A DNA stretch of 18,120 bases from a virus. The position numbers and the translations under genes are program-made. Under the pieces are notes generated by a model. That model had not been told where the DNA came from. It did not search any database and saw only the letters and a program-made list of their open reading frames with translations. This document shows, in pieces, positions 13,066 to 18,120 of the stretch. The stretch lies in IMG/VR virus record IMGVR_UViG_3300045988_002049; one strand, given 5' to 3'. Position 1 is the first letter of the stretch. Each line of letters begins with the position of its first letter.

Positions 13066-14518
13066 CAAAAAAACAGCCGTCATCGTTGACATGGCGTGAC
13101 CTCGGTAGAAAATCATCGTAGGGGATAGGGGCTGTCCGATGCACGCCACTCAACCGCATGACGGTATCGCCGTCTGTTTCCACGCCGCAGTATTTGCGAT
13201 TGCCGAGAATGCGAAGTTTTTTGTAGGTGTGGTCGTTTTTCCACGCGCCCAGTTTCTTGTCGTCCGTTTCGATGTTTGCGGGCGCATCCAGTCCGTCCAA
13301 TATCATGCCGTCTGTGTCGGCGTAGAGCACGCGGTCGGCGTTCGCGTTCATCGCGCGTGACAGTATTTGCCTCCCGTAGGCGTTGACGTATGCGGCGGTT
13401 GGCAGCCATGCGAGTGAGTTGATTGACTCAGGTTTGTCTACAGTAAAATCCACACCGCCATCACCGGAAGGCTTCGGGTGAAGCATAGGCCGATAAAGCG
13501 AGGCCCCGAATTTCCCTACCAGCGAGTTTAACAATAGTTTCGCCATTTGCCGACGTTCACCGGTTGCGGTTTGTTTCACGTGAAACCATTTGTCAACATA
13601 GTTGTAATAAAGTCCATGCGATTTACGGAATTTCCAGCCGCCGATATAATCCCACACATGGACGTCATAGTTTTCCGTCAAGGTTTGCCAATCCACGTCG
13701 GTCACGGGCATGGTGACGACGCCCAACGTACTATCCAGACGTTCGCCCTCATACCCCCATACTGGTAGGATATTAGTGAGCGTCGCCGTTTTTCCCGGTT
13801 TCAGCCGCGCATCGAACGCGATAACGTCGATGTGCAGCGGACAGTCCGCGTCATAATGATATTCTCCCTCATACCATAGGGGGGAGCCTATCGGCATGGC
13901 AAAGTCTCGCATGACGCTCGGATAGAGACTATTCACGTCCCAGCTGTTGCAATCCCGATATTCGCCCGGCCTGCTGTACACTATCGCTCCATAGTACGCG
14001 GGGCGCATCCTGTGATAATCCGCTTTATCCAATGGCGGGAAATGTCGTCTGAATCCGGCGTAATCTCCGCCGATATAGTCGTACATCGCCATAGATGCTA
14101 TGGTTGTGCCCTTGAGCCGCAGGGCGTCGCATTCCTGTGCGATGTTCCATGTGGTTTCCAAGTCATCCACGCCGCCAAATGTTTCGCGTGAGACATTCAA
14201 CCCATCATCGCGCGTGATGTTGCGCACATCTATAAAATCCACGGTGATACCGCCCATGCGCACCCGGAAACTGTAGAAATGGCCGCGAATGTTGAAAGTG
14301 CCCCAGACTCCATCCTTTGCTGGATTCGATTGCAATGGCAGTCGTTTCAATAGTTGAGCGGCTATAGGCTTGATGTCCTGCCATCCGTGAGCGCACCATA
14401 CGCGCGTATGATGGTCCAGCATGGTCAATCGAATGACGGCATTCGCCGTCAATGGCGCTATACCGTCGTCCGTTAATAGTGTTGCGCCATCTGTTGCCGC
14501 CGTTCGACGCTCTCGCAT
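13058..14518 (-). CDS. Protein-primed family-B DNA polymerase (phi29 gp2-like), unusually compact at 486 aa
   Basis: Motif A is WDVNSLYPS, motif B is KLLLNSLVGKFG, motif C is LYADTDG, and KxY is GNRKYCG. Several blocks are collinear with phi29 DNAP (RVWCAHGW, FRRHFPPL, WKFRKSHGLYYNYVDKW). SD is AAGGA. Confidence 0.95.
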   Translation of the reverse strand: MRERRTAATDGATLLTDDGIAPLTANAVIRLTMLDHHTRVWCAHGWQDIKPIAAQLLKRLPLQSNPAKDGVWGTFNIRGHFYSFRVRMGGITVDFIDVRNITRDDGLNVSRETFGGVDDLETTWNIAQECDALRLKGTTIASMAMYDYIGGDYAGFRRHFPPLDKADYHRMRPAYYGAIVYSRPGEYRDCNSWDVNSLYPSVMRDFAMPIGSPLWYEGEYHYDADCPLHIDVIAFDARLKPGKTATLTNILPVWGYEGERLDSTLGVVTMPVTDVDWQTLTENYDVHVWDYIGGWKFRKSHGLYYNYVDKWFHVKQTATGERRQMAKLLLNSLVGKFGASLYRPMLHPKPSGDGGVDFTVDKPESINSLAWLPTAAYVNAYGRQILSRAMNANADRVLYADTDGMILDGLDAPANIETDDKKLGAWKNDHTYKKLRILGNRKYCGVETDGDTVMRLSGVHRTAPIPYDDFLPRSRHVNDDGCFFVL

Positions 14519-14533
14519 AATTCCATCCTTTTT

Positions 14534-15478
14534 TTAGTGTCTTGCTGCGCTGGTTATCCATTCGTCAAGTCGTGTCCCTACATCTCCCGCGTCTGCTTTA
14601 GTCTCCCATTTATGCGCCTTATCATTATACCATGTTGCCTCGCGCACTACGGTGCTGAAATTCGTGTTGTTTATCAGCCATCGTTTCTGACGGTTCGACA
14701 AGGCGGCGAATCTTTGAGCCACGCTAAAGTCGAACGCTTCAAGCTGTTGCGCGACCTTATCAAAATCCGAAACACCCTCGTTCTCGGGAATACGCCTAGT
14801 TCCCGTGCGTAATGGCGCACGTCCTACAAGTCCGGCGTATTCAAGCATCTCCCGTTCAAGTTTCCTACGACTTCCCCCTCGCATCATCGCGCGTGCATGG
14901 CTTATACCACGCTCTGTGCCGAACACGTTCGCACGGCTTCGCATGAGTTCGTCACGTGCTGAGCCGCCGACCGTGTGTGTGCCTAACACGTCGTACGGAG
15001 ATTCCCCAGCGCGTTCCATTTCACGCATTTCACCCACGGTATAGCGGGCCATGCTCAGCGCCTCGAATTGTTTAGCACGCTTGATTTTCTCCCGTGCCTC
15101 GACTCGGCGGCGCTGCTGCTGCCGTAATGTTTTCCGACGTTTCGACGGAGCTGCGGCAATTTCCGCATCGCTTATTAGAGGGCGCGACGCCATTTCACGG
15201 TCAAGTTTCGTGACATGGACGTCGGGGACAACCTGATACGGTTCATTATCTCGCGCCCTTAAGGCTTGCTGTTGTTCTCCAAATTCCTGCCCGATACGTC
15301 GTGCTACCTGTTCAAGCTGTTGGGCACTGAGGTTTCCTAAAAACGTTTCAGTGATTCGTTTAGGGAGTCGTCCGGTACTGTAGTCTCTGACTGCCCGTTC
15401 TCGGCGTACCTGTGCCGACCTGATTGCGGCGTTGCGTTTCAGATTGTCAGCGCGTCGGCGGTTTTTGCGTTTTGCCAC
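14534..15478 (-). CDS. Terminal protein candidate (314 aa, strongly basic N-terminus)
   Basis: It lies directly upstream of the protein-primed polymerase, as in phi29 and Cp-1. The N-terminus AKRKNRRRADNLKRN and a second KRRKTLRQQQRRR block are basic. No sequence motif was recognised. The start is set at GTG 15478 (SD GGGGGA) because the 34 codons upstream (to ATG 15580) are occupied by two hairpins. Confidence 0.6.
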   Translation of the reverse strand: MAKRKNRRRADNLKRNAAIRSAQVRRERAVRDYSTGRLPKRITETFLGNLSAQQLEQVARRIGQEFGEQQQALRARDNEPYQVVPDVHVTKLDREMASRPLISDAEIAAAPSKRRKTLRQQQRRRVEAREKIKRAKQFEALSMARYTVGEMREMERAGESPYDVLGTHTVGGSARDELMRSRANVFGTERGISHARAMMRGGSRRKLEREMLEYAGLVGRAPLRTGTRRIPENEGVSDFDKVAQQLEAFDFSVAQRFAALSNRQKRWLINNTNFSTVVREATWYNDKAHKWETKADAGDVGTRLDEWITSAARH

Positions 15479-15500
15479 GGTTCCCCCTGTGAGTATGAAA

Positions 15501-15536
15501 CACCCCTCGCCGCAAGGATGGAAACGGCGGGGGGTG
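15501..15536 (-). promoter_or_regulatory. 12-bp GC-rich stem-loop in the region upstream of the terminal-protein gene
   Basis: Plus strand reads CACCCCTCGCCG-12 nt loop-CGGCGGGGGGTG, with one position that is not Watson-Crick (T opposite G). A second imperfect hairpin lies at 15545-15570. Confidence 0.55.
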
Positions 15537-15598
15537 AGTCTGGCGGCAACATCCCTATAGGGACATTGCCATAATATCATATGGTGCGGACAATCGTG

Positions 15599-16036
15599 TT
15601 ACTTGCGCTTGTTTTCCGACACCAGTTCGAGGTCGAAGAACTTGTAGCCACGGCGACTCTTTTTTTCCACTACCTTGAGGGCAAGTGGCTGATTCCACGT
15701 GTCCGGCGTCCCGAAAATGGCGAACAGATTGCCGAATGCGTGCGCCAGCGTGGGGGAGGCTGCGGCAAAGTCGCCTTCCTCCGCGTGGATAACGACGCGG
15801 GTGGACGAATTGATTTCACCAGTCTCTTGATTGGCGACTTCGATGGCCTGCGCCAGCACGTTGGTGACGTGCAGCGGCTCGTTAAGGTGTTCGTCCACTT
15901 TATCGGCGGTCTGCATGGCGTTGTACAGCGCCATCTTGCCGTCCATCGTGGAAGTATCAAAGAAGTGGGATACGGCGTTAGTGCCGTTCGCAGAAAAATT
16001 GTTGCCGTTCGCTACGGTTAGTTCGTTGTCAGCCAT
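15599..16036 (-). CDS. Hypothetical early protein (145 aa); single-stranded-DNA-binding candidate by position only
   Basis: SD AAAGG is present. It occupies the slot just upstream of the terminal-protein and polymerase genes, where phi29 encodes p5/p6. No motif recognised. Confidence 0.3.
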   Translation of the reverse strand: MADNELTVANGNNFSANGTNAVSHFFDTSTMDGKMALYNAMQTADKVDEHLNEPLHVTNVLAQAIEVANQETGEINSSTRVVIHAEEGDFAAASPTLAHAFGNLFAIFGTPDTWNQPLALKVVEKKSRRGYKFFDLELVSENKRK

Positions 16037-16062
16037 TAGTGTTGCCTTTCTTATAGGGGTTA

Positions 16063-16377
16063 TTAATTATTTTCCTCGGTGATAATATCATCTTCGACTA
16101 CGTTGCCGTTAACCGGCCCCGGATAGTCAATAATGGTATCGTCTCCAAATTCGCAATTAGCCCAATAGATTGCTTCGTCCATGCGTGTTGCCTGCGCATG
16201 ATATTCGGCGGACATGGGTAGCATGTCCTTGTTGATTTTGCGGGCTTTTTTCATAGCCATGTCAGCTGTACGGCACGCGCCATTCACGACTACCTCAGTG
16301 TCAACGAGTTCGCCGTTTTCACCGCGCGTGATGCCGTGTACGATACTGTAATGCTTGGCTCTTTTGATGTATGCCAT
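16063..16377 (-). CDS. Hypothetical early protein (104 aa, acidic C-terminal tail); dsDNA-binding (p6-like) candidate by size and position only
   Basis: ATG 16377 has SD AAGGTGG 7 nt upstream; the track ATG 16383 is only 1 nt from that SD. The C-terminus is VEDDIITEENN. Confidence 0.3.
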   Translation of the reverse strand: MAYIKRAKHYSIVHGITRGENGELVDTEVVVNGACRTADMAMKKARKINKDMLPMSAEYHAQATRMDEAIYWANCEFGDDTIIDYPGPVNGNVVEDDIITEENN

Positions 16378-16400
16378 AGTCATGCCACCTTATCTTATTG

Positions 16401-16925
16401 TTACTGCTGTTGCGATATTCTTGCAATGTCTTCATCAGTATACCGCACGTCGGTGAGATTGTCAAAACATCGACACGCGATTTTGACAACGGTCTGGGCA
16501 AATTCGTTGCCATCCCAGACTTTGCACATTTCGTAACATGTCGCACCCTTGACATGACAGACGGCGCACCACGCCACCATTGCCGGTGCGTAAATGACGC
16601 CGCCCAGCATTTCAATATCCTGAGTTCGCGCCAACGCGCCGATACGCGACGTGTGAGGGGACAGTGATAAACAAACGTTTGCCGCATGTTCCACGCCGTC
16701 AGCGAACGCCACTTGCGACCCTTGAGGCTCGTAAAAGTCCTTGAGCAGTGTTATACTACGGCATAATGTTTCCCAATCGCCCTCGCCTCGATTGTATTCG
16801 CGCAAGTGCAGATTGCGGCGGCGTCCCCGAATGACACGGCGCACACGGTCGTCATCCAGCACGCCATCGTCAAACCAGTTTGTACGTTTTTCGCTTTTAT
16901 CAAAATTCAAATTCTTCAATTTCAT
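16401..16925 (-). CDS. Hypothetical early protein (174 aa) with a C-terminal cysteine cluster
   Basis: SD TTGGAG lies 8 nt upstream. The coding gene is tightly packed. A Cys cluster WCAVCHVKGATCYEMCKVWDG...ACRC is present. Confidence 0.6.
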   Translation of the reverse strand: MKLKNLNFDKSEKRTNWFDDGVLDDDRVRRVIRGRRRNLHLREYNRGEGDWETLCRSITLLKDFYEPQGSQVAFADGVEHAANVCLSLSPHTSRIGALARTQDIEMLGGVIYAPAMVAWCAVCHVKGATCYEMCKVWDGNEFAQTVVKIACRCFDNLTDVRYTDEDIARISQQQ

Positions 16926-16927
16926 AA

Positions 16928-17131
16928 TTAAAACTCCAATGTGTCTTCATTACTATCATAACCGTCCAGCCACATCGTTTTCCACAGAAAACCGCTCGGG
17001 CAACGTTTTGGCGGATTATCCGCACTACGTCTATGCTTCACACCTGCCCAAAACGCACGTAAACGCCAATATATGTTAGCGTCAAGACAGTTGCCGCAAG
17101 TCCATGAATGAACCCAACCACGAAAATACAT
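16928..17131 (-). CDS. Hypothetical early protein (67 aa, Trp-rich, one CxxC)
   Basis: SD GAAAGGAA is present. The ATG lies 2 nt after the upstream stop. HSWTCGNC plus a distal Cys and His could form a small zinc-binding fold, which is speculative. Confidence 0.55.
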   Translation of the reverse strand: MYFRGWVHSWTCGNCLDANIYWRLRAFWAGVKHRRSADNPPKRCPSGFLWKTMWLDGYDSNEDTLEF

Positions 17132-17133
17132 GA

Positions 17134-17379
17134 CTAATTCCTTTCCAAAAGCGGAGTGAGCGCCAAGTTAGTAGCGTCAACGATGATATCGACCACTTGG
17201 TCATAGTCGCATGCGTCATACGGAGTTAATGCAACTGCGTCAGTCAATCCGTCCATTGAATAAAATCGGACATCATACCGAAGTTCGTACACACTGCGGT
17301 GAGCGCAATACCATAGCCCAACGTCACCGCCCCTGAATGGAGAATGGAACGTAGCAATCTTCTTATCAATATCAACCAT
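17134..17379 (-). CDS. Hypothetical early protein (81 aa)
   Basis: The start is moved to ATG 17379 (SD AAAGGA 8 nt upstream). The track start 17457 is a TTG whose N-terminal extension overlaps the better-supported small membrane ORF in another frame. Confidence 0.6.
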   Translation of the reverse strand: MVDIDKKIATFHSPFRGGDVGLWYCAHRSVYELRYDVRFYSMDGLTDAVALTPYDACDYDQVVDIIVDATNLALTPLLERN

Positions 17380-17384
17380 TTCAA

Positions 17385-17558
17385 TTATCCTTTCCACATC
17401 ACAGAAACGAAAACCAACACAGTGGACACGCTCACAGCAAGCATGACCAAAAAACAAAAAACGTCACGCGCATTACGAGGCAGTTCGCAAAACACCGTAG
17501 CCGCCATTATAAGAAACAGCACGGAAATGATACATACGGCAACAATCATACCACCCAT
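17385..17558 (-). CDS. Unannotated 57-aa two-transmembrane-helix protein (below the ORF-track size cutoff)
   Basis: Hand translation gives MGGMIVAVCIISVLFLIMAATVFCELPRNARDVFCFLVMLAVSVSTVLVFVSVMWKG. The ATG overlaps the upstream stop (TAATG), and an alternative ATG lies at 17549. The stop TAA lies 5 nt before the next gene's ATG. It fills an otherwise 100-nt gap in a tightly packed operon. Confidence 0.6.
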   Translation of the reverse strand: MGGMIVAVCIISVLFLIMAATVFCELPRNARDVFCFLVMLAVSVSTVLVFVSVMWKG

Positions 17559-17830
17559 TACAGCAACACCACCTTTACTACGCCGACCATAGTACTATCC
17601 ATGTCAAACGTAGCATTATCGATATTCACGTCCACATCAACACCGACGTACATATTCCTTACATAAGACAGCACGCCGTCTAATGAGGATTTCAGAGACG
17701 CCGTAAGAAACATGCCGCTAGGCTTCACGCAATCGGGCAGAATCTCGAACACCTGAAACCCATCGTCAGTGATAATGAAATGCCACACTTCAGACCTCCT
17801 CAACACGGCTAGAGCGGTAATAGTATTCAT
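17558..17830 (-). CDS. Hypothetical early protein (90 aa), first gene inward of the right ITR
   Basis: The ATG lies 12 nt after the ITR-borne SD GGAAGGAAG. No recognisable motif. Confidence 0.65.
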   Translation of the reverse strand: MNTITALAVLRRSEVWHFIITDDGFQVFEILPDCVKPSGMFLTASLKSSLDGVLSYVRNMYVGVDVDVNIDNATFDMDSTMVGVVKVVLL

Positions 17831-17838
17831 TTTTATTT

Positions 17839-18101
17839 TTTACTTCCTTCCTTATCGGCTAATACTCACATCATACCACACCACAAAAACAACACACCCA
17901 ACACACACAAAAAAAATACACGCAAAACAACACGCGAAATTGACAACAAAAAAAAAGCAGGTAAAATAGAAGACAACAAAGGAGATAAACAAAGACAGGA
18001 CAGGAGCGACAATGAAAAACACAGGGCAGAGAGCAAGGACAAAATACACAACAGAGCAGTTGTGGAAAAAGGCTAGCTGCTGGGGCCCCTCCCCTCCTTT
18101 T
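17839..18101. repeat. Right inverted terminal repeat (263 bp)
   Basis: Perfect reverse complement of 20-282. Confidence 0.95.
17870..17878 (-). promoter_or_regulatory. Mirror copy of the ITR extended -10-like box, facing inward (candidate early promoter of the minus-strand gene train)
   Basis: Same sequence as 243-251 because it lies in the ITR. It sits upstream of the SD GGAAGGAAG and ATG 17830. Confidence 0.4.
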
Positions 18102-18120
18102 AGATCGGAAGAGCACACGT
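18102..18120. other. Illumina TruSeq adapter read-through (AGATCGGAAGAGCACACGT); not biological sequence
   Basis: Canonical adapter-trimming string. The leading A is the A-tail added to the genomic 3' end. Confidence 0.95.

Noticed and set aside
15479-15580. N-terminal 34-codon extension of the terminal-protein ORF from ATG 15580
   Set aside because: It has no SD, and the sequence is occupied by two hairpins. The encoded peptide (MILWQCPYRDVAARLTPRRFHPCGEGCF...) looks non-protein-like, and a GTG with an SD follows at 15478. It is kept only as an alternative start.
1-18120. Lysogeny or mobile-element functions (integrase, repressor, transposase) and defence or anti-defence cassettes
   Set aside because: No ORF shows recombinase, HTH-repressor or nuclease motifs that I can recognise. 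The ITRs are explained by protein-primed replication rather than transposition. The small early proteins remain unassigned and could include anti-defence factors, but nothing in the sequence supports a specific call.

Overview
This window is an essentially complete linear genome of a small phi29-like, protein-primed podophage. Nt 1-19 and 18102-18120 are residual Illumina TruSeq adapter. The biological molecule is therefore 20-18101 (18,082 bp), and its physical ends were captured. It has perfect 263-bp inverted terminal repeats (ITRs) and 22 tightly packed genes, 21 of them on the minus strand. Read from the right end, these are: seven small early genes (one is a 57-aa two-TM ORF missing from the ORF track), a basic terminal-protein candidate, a compact family-B DNA polymerase, an acidic scaffold candidate, the major capsid protein (C-terminal Big_2 domain), tail knob, portal, lower collar, three fibre/appendage genes, a tail-associated peptidoglycan hydrolase, a gp16-like packaging ATPase, holin and amidase endolysin. 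One small plus-strand gene reads inward from the left ITR and meets the minus-strand genes at a bidirectional terminator. I saw no integrase, repressor, tRNA or CRISPR, so the phage is probably virulent on a Gram-positive host. Main follow-up points: (1) T-tracts in the ITR are phased on a 13/26-bp lattice with extreme strand asymmetry. (2) The DNA polymerase N-terminal domain is short and appears to lack the canonical exonuclease acidic residues. (3) A 180-nt structured non-coding region lies between the polymerase and scaffold genes behind a perfect TGnTATAAT box; it could be a packaging-RNA or a late-switch element. (4) Perfect extended -10 boxes are fused to stop codons at gene junctions, and three genes lacking a Shine-Dalgarno (SD) site look leaderless. 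(5) A (GA)13 microsatellite sits inside a hairpin-rich leader of the tail gene. All homology statements are by-eye motif recognition from memory, not database searches.
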